64,000 nt of DNA, taken from an uncultured Acidobacteriota bacterium. GTDB lineage: Bacteria > Acidobacteriota > UBA6911. The notes under the pieces are model-generated. The model saw only the letters and a program-made list of their open reading frames with translations. It was not told the origin of the DNA and ran no database searches. Location: positions 416,001 through 480,000 of the forward strand of contig CAWJKZ010000014.1 of the NCBI GenBank assembly GCA_963843575.1, given 5' to 3'. A program made the position numbers and the translations under genes. Below, piece after piece: positions 12,441 to 21,443 of this stretch. Within the stretch, counting starts at the first letter, position 1. Each line of letters begins with the position of its first letter.

Positions 12441-12755
12441 TCAGCGCAGGAAACGGTCCAGCATCGACACGCACTCCAGGGAGCGACGGCTGAGCGACTC
12501 GTCCATCTGACGCAGCTGTTCGCGCGCCCGCCGCAGGTCGTCGGCGAGGCTCAGGGCGGAGAGGATGGCGACCTTGACGGTGTCGACCGATCCCGACTCG
12601 TCCGAGATCTCGCGCATGAGGCGGTCCAGCGCGTCGCACAGCGCCTTCAGCCGTTCGGGATCGCCGCTTGTCCGAAGGGAGTAATCCCGATCGTAGATCT
12701 TGACGTGCACCACGTCGGGCTGGGAATCGCTCACTGCGGGCCTCCGCGCTGACAT
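12441..12755 (-). CDS. zapA: cell division protein ZapA
   Basis: VHVKIYDRDYSLR, VAILSALSLADDL; downstream of pheT. Confidence 0.9.
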   Translation of the reverse strand: MSARRPAVSDSQPDVVHVKIYDRDYSLRTSGDPERLKALCDALDRLMREISDESGSVDTVKVAILSALSLADDLRRAREQLRQMDESLSRRSLECVSMLDRFLR

Positions 12756-12766
12756 GCGGACGGGGA

Positions 12767-13045
12767 TTACTTCATCTCCAGCGTAGCCAGGAGGTTCAAC
12801 GCCTTTTCCACCCTGTCCCTCAGTTCTTCCCGCTCCTTCTGCAGATGGGACAGGTTCTCACTGGCGGCGGTTTCCTGCTCGTGCAGGGCCTCGACCTCGC
12901 TCTTGAGCCGGCTGTTTTCCACGCGAAGCGTTTCGTTCTCCTTGCGGATCGTCTTGAAGGCTTCCACTACGCGGAAGATCTTGTCTTCCAGGTGGCTGAA
13001 CCGCTCCAGGCCCGCAGGCTCCCACTGGGCTTTTGTTTCGATCAT
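12767..13045 (-). CDS. ZapB-like coiled-coil protein
   Basis: 92-aa heptad coiled coil (LEDKIFRVVE...LQKEREELRDRVEKAL) between pheT and zapA. Confidence 0.75.
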   Translation of the reverse strand: MIETKAQWEPAGLERFSHLEDKIFRVVEAFKTIRKENETLRVENSRLKSEVEALHEQETAASENLSHLQKEREELRDRVEKALNLLATLEMK

Positions 13046-13051
13046 ATCTGC

Positions 13052-15100
13052 CTATCTGAGTACTGCGCCGTACGTATGACGGAGAAAGGTTAAGAGATTA
13101 TCGCTGAAGCCCTGAACCCGGTCAACGGTCAGGGTCCTCTCACGATCCAAAAACGTGAAACGAAGGGTCAGGCTTATCTTGTGCGGGGGGATTTTCTCGC
13201 CCTCGTAGACATCGACCAGGTCCAATGCGGCCAGTTCAGGTATCCCCAACCCTTTGACCCCCTCGCGGATGGACCCGTAGGTGACGTCGCGGCCGACCAT
13301 AACGGACATGTCGCGCTCGACCGACGGATACCTGGGCAGAGGCTCATACCGCACGGGCCGGGAAACGAGCCCGGATAGCTCTTCGAAGTCGAGTTCGGCG
13401 ACGTAAACCGCCTGTTTCAGCTTGTATTCCTCCGCGACGGTCGGGTGCAGCGCCCCGAGCACCCCTACCCGCTTCCCGTCCACCCGCACCGCCGAAGCGT
13501 CCGCAGGGCACAGCCATGGAACTTCCTGCGCGGGCACGACATCGACCGGCCCGCTCCGCATGCCGCAGAGGAGGCCGGAGACCACCCCTTTCAGATGGAA
13601 ATAGTCATAGCTCGTGGCCTGGTGATGCCAGTTGTGGCCGGCAAAACCGCCTGTCCCGAGGATCCCGACGGCAACCCGTTCGACGGGGCGCCCATCCTCG
13701 CTGGTGTGATACACCTTGCCGATCTCGAACAGCCGGATTTCGGTAGTGCCGTGATTGAAGTTCCTGCGAGCCGACCGGACGAGACCTGCAGTCAGGTTGG
13801 TCCGCATGTAGCGCGTGTCTTCCGTGAGCGGGTTGCGGATCTCCAGGCGGGCCCCCGCTCGCGGCGGGAAGAGTCGCTCATCTTCGGGCCCGGCGAAGCT
13901 CAGGTTGACCGCCTCGCAATACCCGAAACCGCGAAGGAGCTGCCGCGCGGCACTCTGCTGGTGGTATACGGGCGAAGGCACCCCGGCGCCCTTGCTGGGC
14001 AGCGCAGTCGTCGGGATGTTCTGGTAGCCGTAGAACCGCGCGACCTCCTCGATGAGGTCAGCTTCGAGCTCCATGTCTGCGCGAAAGCTGGGGCACGTCA
14101 CCCGCCAGGCTCCCTCCCCGACGCGCTCGAGAGTGAACTCGAGCCGCGACAGGGTCTGCTCGATGCCGGCGTCGGTCAGCCCGACTCCAAGAAGCCTCTC
14201 GGCCCGGGAACGCTGCAGGTCGATCCGGACCGGCTCTATCCTGCGGGGATAGGCGTCCTTGAGGCTGGCCGCCACCTGCCCTCCGGCCAGTTCCTGCACC
14301 AGACGGCCCGTCCGCGCGGCCGCCTCGACCGCGTCGTCCCAGTCCGCGCCCCGTTCGAACCGATAGCTCGCTTCAGTCGACAGCCCGAGTTTCTTGGATG
14401 TACGGCGCACCGAGGCGGGCAGGAAGTAGGCGCACTCGATGAGGATGGTGCGGGTGCGTTCCGAGATCTCGGACTCGAGCCCGCCCATGACCCCGGCGAT
14501 CGCCACCGGGCCTACCGCGTCGTTGATGAGCAGCATCTGCCCATCCAACTCCCGGGTCAGCCCGTCGAGCGTGCGCATGGCCTGGCCGTCCGCAGCCCGC
14601 GACACCACTATCCTGCCGCCGCGCAGGCGCCCGAAGTCAAAGGCGTGCAGCGGGTGTCCCATCTCGAGCAGCACGTAGTTGGTGATGTCGACGATATTGT
14701 TGAGCGGCCTCATCCCCGCGGCCTCGAGGCGACGCTGCATCCATGGGGGAGAAGGTGCGACCCGGATCCCGTCCATCACCAGCCCGACGTACCGCGGGCA
14801 CAGCTCCGCGTCCCGAATCTCGATGTCATACGCGACGCGGTCCCGCACCGGTGACAGCTCCCGGCAAGTCTCCGGCTTGCGGAGCCGCGCCCCGTAAAGC
14901 GCCGCGATCTCCCGCGCCACCCCGATGTGGCTGAGGCAGTCGGGGCGGTTGGAGGTCACCTCGAGTTCCAGGACCGGAGCGCCTTCCGGGTCGAGCACCC
15001 CCTCGACGACGAGCCCGGCCATCGTGAGGTCGTGCTTGAGCTGTCCCAGGTCGGCCGGGACATCCACGTAATCCTTCAACCACTCGACGCTGATTCGCAT
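13052..15100 (-). CDS. pheT: phenylalanine-tRNA ligase beta subunit (short form)
   Basis: LEVTSNRPDCLS, VDITNYV..GHPLHAFD, ASYRFERG, DLIEEVARFYGY, C-terminal FDX-ACB domain. Confidence 0.97.
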   Translation of the reverse strand: MRISVEWLKDYVDVPADLGQLKHDLTMAGLVVEGVLDPEGAPVLELEVTSNRPDCLSHIGVAREIAALYGARLRKPETCRELSPVRDRVAYDIEIRDAELCPRYVGLVMDGIRVAPSPPWMQRRLEAAGMRPLNNIVDITNYVLLEMGHPLHAFDFGRLRGGRIVVSRAADGQAMRTLDGLTRELDGQMLLINDAVGPVAIAGVMGGLESEISERTRTILIECAYFLPASVRRTSKKLGLSTEASYRFERGADWDDAVEAAARTGRLVQELAGGQVAASLKDAYPRRIEPVRIDLQRSRAERLLGVGLTDAGIEQTLSRLEFTLERVGEGAWRVTCPSFRADMELEADLIEEVARFYGYQNIPTTALPSKGAGVPSPVYHQQSAARQLLRGFGYCEAVNLSFAGPEDERLFPPRAGARLEIRNPLTEDTRYMRTNLTAGLVRSARRNFNHGTTEIRLFEIGKVYHTSEDGRPVERVAVGILGTGGFAGHNWHHQATSYDYFHLKGVVSGLLCGMRSGPVDVVPAQEVPWLCPADASAVRVDGKRVGVLGALHPTVAEEYKLKQAVYVAELDFEELSGLVSRPVRYEPLPRYPSVERDMSVMVGRDVTYGSIREGVKGLGIPELAALDLVDVYEGEKIPPHKISLTLRFTFLDRERTLTVDRVQGFSDNLLTFLRHTYGAVLR

Positions 15101-15112
15101 AGTGCCGTTCCT

Positions 15113-16129
15113 CTAGAATTGGGTCAGGAACCGGAGGTCGTTCTCGAAGAACAGGCGGATATCCTCGACCCCGTACTTCAGGATGGCGACCCGGTCGATG
15201 CCCATCCCCCAGGCAAATCCCGTGTAGACGGAGTCGTCGACGCCCGACATGCGCAGGACCTTGGGGTGCACCATGCCCGCTCCGAGAATCTCGATCCAGC
15301 CGCTCTGTTTGCAGATTCGGCAGCCTGCGCCGAAGCAGAAGATGCAGCTGATGTCGACCTCGGCCCCGGGCTCGACAAACGGGAAGAAGCCTGGCCGGAG
15401 CCGCATCCGGATGTCGGGGTGGAAGAGCTGTTTGAGGAAGGTTTCGAGGGTACCCTTGAGGTCCCCCATGGTGATCCCCTTGTCCACGGCGAGCACGTCG
15501 AGCTGGTTGAACATCGGGGAGTGCGTGGCGTCGAACGGGTCGCGCCGGTACACCTTCCCCGTGTGCGCGGCCCGGACGGGCGGCTTCATCGCCTCCATGG
15601 AGTGCACCTGCACCGTCGAGCAGTGGGTGCGCAGCAGCGTCACGTCGTCGAAGTAGAACGTGTCCTGTGCGTCGCGGGCCGGGTGATGGGGCGGCATGTT
15701 CAAAGCTTCGAAGTTGTAGTAGTCGTGCTCGATCTCCGGCACGTCGAAGATCCGGAACCCCATCGCGACAAAGACCTGCTCGATGTCGTTCTGCAGCTTC
15801 CTGATGGGGTGTTCCTTCCCCAGGGCATACGGGAAGCCGGGCCGCGTCACGTCGACGTGGGATCCCTCGGCGAGCCGCTCGGCCTGACGGACCAGGGCGC
15901 GCTGCTCCTCCAGGCGTTGTTCCGCCGCGGCGCGGAATTCGTTCATCGCCTGGCCGAAGACCGGCCGCTCCTCCCTGGGAAGTTCGCGCAGTCGCTTCAT
16001 CCCGGCCGTGATGATGCCGTTTTCCCGGGACAGCCACCTGTCGCGCACGGCCTTCCACTCGTCGGCGGTGGTGATCCGCGACAGGTCGTTTTCGAACTCC
16101 CGGCGCATCTGCGCAATTCCCTCGCTCAT
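15113..16129 (-). CDS. pheS: phenylalanine-tRNA ligase alpha subunit
   Basis: NFEALNMPPHHPARDAQDTFY, DATHSPMFNQ, FPFVEPG, WIEILGAGMVHP, GFAWGMGIDR. Confidence 0.97.
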   Translation of the reverse strand: MSEGIAQMRREFENDLSRITTADEWKAVRDRWLSRENGIITAGMKRLRELPREERPVFGQAMNEFRAAAEQRLEEQRALVRQAERLAEGSHVDVTRPGFPYALGKEHPIRKLQNDIEQVFVAMGFRIFDVPEIEHDYYNFEALNMPPHHPARDAQDTFYFDDVTLLRTHCSTVQVHSMEAMKPPVRAAHTGKVYRRDPFDATHSPMFNQLDVLAVDKGITMGDLKGTLETFLKQLFHPDIRMRLRPGFFPFVEPGAEVDISCIFCFGAGCRICKQSGWIEILGAGMVHPKVLRMSGVDDSVYTGFAWGMGIDRVAILKYGVEDIRLFFENDLRFLTQF

Positions 16130-16195
16130 CGTCTCAACCTCGGTGTTGAACGTCAGGCGGCCCGGCGCCATCGACGGTTGCCGGCGCCCGCCGTC

Positions 16196-16229
16196 AAAAA
16201 AAACGCCCGGCGTTGCGGCACGCCGGGCG
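16196..16229 (-). terminator. intrinsic terminator between rplT and pheS
   Basis: Minus strand CGCCCGGCGT-loop-ACGCCGGGCG followed by T8. Confidence 0.8.
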
Positions 16230-16257
16230 CATCACAAAGTCGCTGGGTCGTGTCCTG

Positions 16258-16620
16258 TCAGGCAGCCGCCAGTGCAGCTTTCGCAGTTTCGGTGAGGCGG
16301 GTAAAAGTCTCCGGGTCCTGGGACGCGATCTCCGCGAGCACTTTGCGGTCGAGCTGAACGTTCGCCTTCTTCAGCCCGTTCATCAGCTTGCTGTACGAGA
16401 TGTCGTTCAGACGAGCGGCGGCGCCGACCCGGATGATGAAGAGGCTGCGGAAGTCCCGCTTCTTGTTGCGTCGGTCCCGATACGCGAACCTCAGTCCCCG
16501 GTCCACGGACTCCTTTGCGGACCGATGGAGCTTGCTCTTGGTGAGGCGGTAGCCCTTGGCAAGTGTCAATATCTTCTTGCGGCGCTGGACGCGCTTGTTT
16601 CCACGCTTTACTCTCGGCAT
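16258..16620 (-). CDS. rplT: 50S ribosomal protein L20
   Basis: [32 protein letters not shown]. Confidence 0.98.
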   Translation of the reverse strand: MPRVKRGNKRVQRRKKILTLAKGYRLTKSKLHRSAKESVDRGLRFAYRDRRNKKRDFRSLFIIRVGAAARLNDISYSKLMNGLKKANVQLDRKVLAEIASQDPETFTRLTETAKAALAAA

Positions 16621-16684
16621 TTCATTCGCTCCAGAATGGTGATGGCACCGGGCGCGGGGCCAAGCTCCGGGCGCCCGCGGGCAC

Positions 16685-16876
16685 TCAGATGTTCAACATT
16701 AACTTGACGCGGGCCTTGTCCGCCTTGCTCACCAGGTCCGACGAGACCAGGTGGCGCACGCGTTTGCGCGATTTCTTGGTCAGGATGTGCCGCGCGTGGC
16801 TGTGCCTGCGCATGATCTTGCCCGTTCCGGTGACCTTGAACCGCTTGGCCGCACTCTTGTTCGTCTTCCGCTTCAT
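16685..16876 (-). CDS. rpmI: 50S ribosomal protein L35
   Basis: [24 protein letters not shown]. Confidence 0.97.
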   Translation of the reverse strand: MKRKTNKSAAKRFKVTGTGKIMRRHSHARHILTKKSRKRVRHLVSSDLVSKADKARVKLMLNI

Positions 16877-16878
16877 CG

Positions 16879-17421
16879 CTACTCCTTGGCGCTTCCTTGC
16901 ACCTTCTTGGGCATGAAGATCGTCACCAGCGCATACCCCTCCATCTTGGGGGGGCGCTCCAGCTCGGAGACATCCTTCAGCTCTTCCACCAACCGGTCCA
17001 TCAGCCTCCGCCCGATCTCCTGGTGCGTCATTTCCCTGCCCCGGAAAACGACCGTCGCCTTGGCCTTGTTCCCTTCGCTCAAAAACCGCGCGATGTTGTT
17101 CTTCTTGAACTGGAAATCGTGCTCCTCCGTCTTGGGGCGGAACTTGATTTCCTTGAGCACCACCTGCTTCTGGTGCTTCTTTGCCTCATGCGCCCTCTTG
17201 CTCTTCTGGTACTGGAATTTGCCGTAATTCATGATGCGGCAAACCGGAGGGTTGGCACTCGGGGCCACCTCGACAAGATCCAAGTCGCGCTGCTGGGCTA
17301 TAGCCAGGGCCTGCTCCGGAGTCATGATGCCAAGCTGCCCCGCGTCTTCATCGACTACCCGGACCTCTTTCGCCCGGATCATTTCGTTCACGCGAACCCG
17401 TACTTGCTTTGTCGTGGTGAT
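16879..17421 (-). CDS. infC: translation initiation factor IF-3 (probable ATC start)
   Basis: [41 protein letters not shown]; AGGAGG 6 nt before an in-frame ATC at 17421. Confidence 0.96.
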   Translation of the reverse strand: MTTTKQVRVRVNEMIRAKEVRVVDEDAGQLGIMTPEQALAIAQQRDLDLVEVAPSANPPVCRIMNYGKFQYQKSKRAHEAKKHQKQVVLKEIKFRPKTEEHDFQFKKNNIARFLSEGNKAKATVVFRGREMTHQEIGRRLMDRLVEELKDVSELERPPKMEGYALVTIFMPKKVQGSAKE

Positions 17422-17463
17422 AGGCGACCTCCTTGAGGCAAAAAAGGTGAAGCGTTCCGGCAC

Positions 17464-19260
17464 CTACGGCCGGACTGCCCTCGCTTCGACGAATCCCCTT
17501 ATCTTTGTAATGAAGTCCTCCAGGTCTTGGGCCCCCTCGTCGCCCTGGAAGCGGTTGCGCACCGACACGTGTCCGGATTGGGCCTCCTTGTCGCCGACCA
17601 CGAGCATATAGGGCACCTTGGTCGTCTGGGCCTCCCGGATCTTGTATCCCATCTTTTCGTTTCTGTCGTCCACGTCCGCGCGCAGTCCGGCCGCGGACAA
17701 ACGCGCCAGAACCTGCCGGGCGTATCCGTGGTGGCGCTCGGAGATCGGGATGACCACTACCTGCACGGGGGCAAGCCAGATCGGGAACGCCCCCGCGTAG
17801 TGCTCGATCAACACTCCCATGAAGCGCTCGACGGATCCCAGCAGCGCCCGGTGCAGCATCACCGGCTGGTGCGGCTGCCCGTCGGGGCCGACGAAGGTAA
17901 GATCGAATCGCTTCGGCAGGGTGAAGTCAAACTGCACGGTGGAGAGCTGCCAGGGTCGGCCGATCGCGTCGATGAGCTTGACGTCGATCTTCGGCCCGTA
18001 GAAGACGGCCTCGCCTTCCATCCGTGTCCATTCCATGCCCTTGGCCTTCATGGCCTCGACCAGGGCACCCTCGGCCATCTCCCAGTCCTGCTCCGTCCCG
18101 GCGTAGTTCTCCTTCCGGGCCGAATCGCGGACCGAAAGCTCGACCTTGTACTGGTCGAACCCAAAGCTCTTCATCACAAACAGCACGAGGTCGAGCAGGC
18201 TCGATATCTCGTCGTACACTTGCTCGCGGGTGCAGAAAAGATGTGCGTCGTCCTGCGTAAATCCGCGCACCCGGAGCATGCCGTGCAGCACCCCGCTCTT
18301 TTCGAAGCGGTACACCGTGCCGAACTCGGCGTAACGCACGGGCAGATCCCGGTAGCTGCGCATCCTCGACTTGTAGATCTGGATGTGCCCGGGGCAGTTC
18401 ATCGGCTTGATCACGAACTCTTCGTCTTCGATGTTGAAGACATACATGTTCTCCCGGTAGTAGTCGTAGTGTCCGGAAGTTTTCCAGAGCGTGTTGCGGG
18501 CCACATGGGGGGTCGTGACGAACTCGTATCCGTGTCGCAACAGCTCCTTGCGCAGGAAATCCTCGATCTCCAGCCGTATCCTCGTCCCCTTCGGATGCCA
18601 GAAGATGAGCCCAGGGCCAGCCTCCTCGGAGATGCTGAACAGGTCCAACTCCCGCCCGAGCTTGCGGTGATCGCGCTTGCGGGCTTCTTCCAGCTGGAGC
18701 ATGTGGGCGCTCAGGGCCTCGGGCGTGAGGAACGCGGTGCCATAGATCCTTTGCAGCCTCTCGCGGTGCTCGTCGCCGCGCCAGTAGGACCCGGCAATGC
18801 TGAGGAGACGAAACGTCGACGGATCGATGTCGCCCGTGGAGACCACGTGCGGCCCCGTGCAGAAGTCCACGAGGTCGCCGAGTCTGTAACACGACAGCGT
18901 TTGTCCCGCCTTCTCCCTGATGAGCTCTACCTTCAGGTGTTCTCCGCTCTCGGAGAAGAGCCTGACCGCCTCTTCCTTGGAGACGATCGAGGGCTGATAC
19001 TCTAGGTTGCGGGCAGCCAGCTCACGCATCCGCTGCTCGATCCGGGCGAGATCTTCCTCGACGAATCCCTCCGGCCTTTCGAAGTCGTAGTAGAACCCGT
19101 CGCTTATGGCGGGACCTATACCGAGGTGAGTTCCGGGGAACAGGCTGTTGACCGCCGCCGCCATCAGGTGAGACGTGCTGTGGCGGTAGACTTCCAGGGC
19201 TTCGCCCGGATTCTCGATCTCTTCAACTCTGCCGTCTGCGTATCTGACTTTAAGCGCCAT
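17464..19260 (-). CDS. thrS: threonine-tRNA ligase (no N-terminal TGS domain)
   Basis: RHSTSHLM, DFCTGPH, RDHRKLG, KPMNCPGH, RVRGFTQDDAH, HRALLGSVERF; start placed at the ATG of MALKV. Confidence 0.97.
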   Translation of the reverse strand: MALKVRYADGRVEEIENPGEALEVYRHSTSHLMAAAVNSLFPGTHLGIGPAISDGFYYDFERPEGFVEEDLARIEQRMRELAARNLEYQPSIVSKEEAVRLFSESGEHLKVELIREKAGQTLSCYRLGDLVDFCTGPHVVSTGDIDPSTFRLLSIAGSYWRGDEHRERLQRIYGTAFLTPEALSAHMLQLEEARKRDHRKLGRELDLFSISEEAGPGLIFWHPKGTRIRLEIEDFLRKELLRHGYEFVTTPHVARNTLWKTSGHYDYYRENMYVFNIEDEEFVIKPMNCPGHIQIYKSRMRSYRDLPVRYAEFGTVYRFEKSGVLHGMLRVRGFTQDDAHLFCTREQVYDEISSLLDLVLFVMKSFGFDQYKVELSVRDSARKENYAGTEQDWEMAEGALVEAMKAKGMEWTRMEGEAVFYGPKIDVKLIDAIGRPWQLSTVQFDFTLPKRFDLTFVGPDGQPHQPVMLHRALLGSVERFMGVLIEHYAGAFPIWLAPVQVVVIPISERHHGYARQVLARLSAAGLRADVDDRNEKMGYKIREAQTTKVPYMLVVGDKEAQSGHVSVRNRFQGDEGAQDLEDFITKIRGFVEARAVRP

Positions 19261-19415
19261 GGTTAACTGAGCCGTATCCAGCCTCTCCCTCGAGTCCAGT
19301 TTGCCGGCATCCCCGGTCATCAAAATGTGAACGAAGCGGTTGAATAAGAATGGGTCGTTGCGGCGGAGTTCATCGAGATCGATCCCGGACTTTCCAAGCA
19401 CACGATGCAGCGAAT

Positions 19416-19490
19416 TGGTAGGCGCGAGCGGATTTGAACCGCTGACCCCTTCCGCGTCAAGGAAGTGCTCTCCCCCTGAGCTACGCGCCT
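19416..19490 (-). tRNA. tRNA-Val(GAC)
   Basis: Minus strand AGGCGCGTAGCTCAG...CTTCC-TTGACGC-GGAAG...GGTTCAAATCC...CGCGCCTACCA; 75 nt, encoded CCA; TTGACA upstream at 19536-19531. Confidence 0.97.
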
Positions 19491-19557
19491 AAAAAATAAG
19501 AGGTTAAACCTACCAGAAACGATAAAACAGTGTCAATACAATTGCGCCGCAACGCCG

Positions 19558-20814
19558 CTAGGCGGCGCGCTTTGCCGGGACTTGACCTTTCGAGAGGGCC
19601 TCGAGGGCCTTATCGAGTTGTTCCTTCCTGATCTTGTCCTGCAGGGCGCGGTACTTCAGCAGGTCGTCCTGGTCGTCGTAGTAGGCTTCGACCATCAGAT
19701 CCTGCCGCCGTTCGTCGTCCGGGGCCTGCACGTCCGGCTTGATGCCGGTGTTGCGAACCGCCTCGTCCTGGATCATCTTGCCGCCGGGAGTGTAGTACTT
19801 CGCCGTCGATAGGATGAGCAGAGCGCCGCTCTTGAGCGCGATCTGCTTCTGAGAGGAGCCGACGCCAAAAGACTTCTCCCCGATCACCAGCGCACGCTTC
19901 TGGTCCTTCAGGGCGCCGGCGACGATTTCGGCCGCACCGGCCGTCGAGCCGTTGATGAGGACCGCCATGGGCTCGTCGGTGAGGCTCTTGTCGGGCTGTG
20001 CGCCGACTTCCTGCACCCTCTCCCCGTGTTTGTTCTGGCTGTAATAAATGGTCCCGGTCTTCATGAACATGTTCGCCAGCTCGGCCCCGGCCGCGGTCTC
20101 GCCGTCGGCGCAGTCCCTCAGGTCTAGGATGAGCTTCTGGGAGCCGGCCGACACAAGCGTCTTGAGACGCACGCGGATCTGCTCGACCGAGTTGCCCACG
20201 AGCGAGGAGACCTGCAGCAGGCCGACGTGACCGTCGAGCATCTGCGAAGTCGCCTGTGGCGGCGTCTCCGACTTCCTCGTCACCTGGATGTCGATCGGCT
20301 TCGGCTGGGTGCTCCGGAAGACCGTCACCTTGGCGACCGAACCGGGCGCCCCTCGCAGCAGGCTCTCAACTTCGGGGATGCTCTTGTCTTCAACGCTCGC
20401 GTCGTCCAGCGCGACCAGATAATCCCCCGACCGGACGCCAGCGGCGTCGGCCGGGCCGTCGTGCTGCGTGGAAACCACATACAGCACATCGGCACGTTTG
20501 GAGACGATCATCCCCAGGCCGGCAGTGTTCCCTGCCTTGCGTTTTTCGAGCGCCTGCACCTGCTCCTTCGTCAGGAAGCTGCTGTACGGGTCGAGGGCAT
20601 CGATCAGGCCGCGGAAGGCCCCCTCCTGCACCTTGCTCATGTCCGGAGCCTCGACGTAGTCTTCATTGATCTTCTTGAGCGCATCCATGAAGACGGCCAG
20701 CTCCCGGTAGGCATCGTCTTTGGCGACCACCTTGCCGTAAAACGCCGCTGATATGCCGTACAACACGATCAGGGCAGATCCCAGAAAGACAAACAGTTTT
20801 CCCTTGTGGAGCAT
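19558..20814 (-). CDS. S41/CtpA-family PDZ-containing protein, probably catalytically inactive
   Basis: Signal/TM segment, LDPYSSF, PDZ (GPADAAGVRSGD), LILDLR, YYTPGG, GIKPDV; catalytic motifs read TAGAAE and FGVG. Confidence 0.9.
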   Translation of the reverse strand: MLHKGKLFVFLGSALIVLYGISAAFYGKVVAKDDAYRELAVFMDALKKINEDYVEAPDMSKVQEGAFRGLIDALDPYSSFLTKEQVQALEKRKAGNTAGLGMIVSKRADVLYVVSTQHDGPADAAGVRSGDYLVALDDASVEDKSIPEVESLLRGAPGSVAKVTVFRSTQPKPIDIQVTRKSETPPQATSQMLDGHVGLLQVSSLVGNSVEQIRVRLKTLVSAGSQKLILDLRDCADGETAAGAELANMFMKTGTIYYSQNKHGERVQEVGAQPDKSLTDEPMAVLINGSTAGAAEIVAGALKDQKRALVIGEKSFGVGSSQKQIALKSGALLILSTAKYYTPGGKMIQDEAVRNTGIKPDVQAPDDERRQDLMVEAYYDDQDDLLKYRALQDKIRKEQLDKALEALSKGQVPAKRAA

Positions 20815-21020
20815 CACACCTCCGACTCTACCGCGCAGAAATTCCGCAAAATTATATCGAAAGGGCCCCGGAGGCGCAAATTTTTCAGTCCTGAAGATGA
20901 AAATCGGGCGCCGGATCCACGCGGAGGCCGGGCATCTTCCCGTGCGGCTGGCGCGCGGGCACGCGATCGTCACCCATGCCTCAAATTGACGGCCGCCGGG
21001 GGTTGTGTTCCAATGAAAGC

Positions 21021-21443
21021 ATGTCGACCGGACGGATCCTCGCACTGGATTACGGCACCCGGAACGTCGGGCTGGCCTGCTCCGACGAACTGGGCGTCAC
21101 AGTCCAACCGCTGCCATCGGTGCCCAACAACGGTAAAGGCTACCTGGTCGCCCGCTTGAGGGACGCTGTGCTACAACACGGGATCTCTCTTATCGTCATA
21201 GGCTTGCCCTGGAACATGGACGGGAGCGCAGGCGACGCCGTTGATCGGGTCCGCGGCTTCATGAAAACCTTGAGCGCCGAATTCGCCCTCCCCCTCGCCC
21301 CGGTGGATGAGCGGCTCACGACAGTCGAGGCGGCGGAACTCTGGAACCAGATGAGCTCCAGGCAGAAGCGGCGGTATCGCACGGTCGACTCGCTGGCGGC
21401 CGCCCTGATCCTCCAGCGATATCTCGAGGAGCCTCGACCGTGA
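21021..21443 (+). CDS. ruvX: RuvX/YqgF pre-16S rRNA nuclease
   Basis: ILALDYGTRNVGLA, VIGLP.NMDG, VDERLTT, VDSLAAALILQ. Confidence 0.93.
   Translation: MSTGRILALDYGTRNVGLACSDELGVTVQPLPSVPNNGKGYLVARLRDAVLQHGISLIVIGLPWNMDGSAGDAVDRVRGFMKTLSAEFALPLAPVDERLTTVEAAELWNQMSSRQKRRYRTVDSLAAALILQRYLEEPRP

Noticed and set aside
16130-16257. pheM-like attenuator or T-box before pheS
   Set aside because: A terminator is present but there is no Phe-rich leader peptide or T-box sequence.
19380-19400. GGAAAGTCCGGG (minus strand) resembling RNase P RNA P4
   Set aside because: The spacer is only 155 nt and lacks the other conserved RNase P elements.
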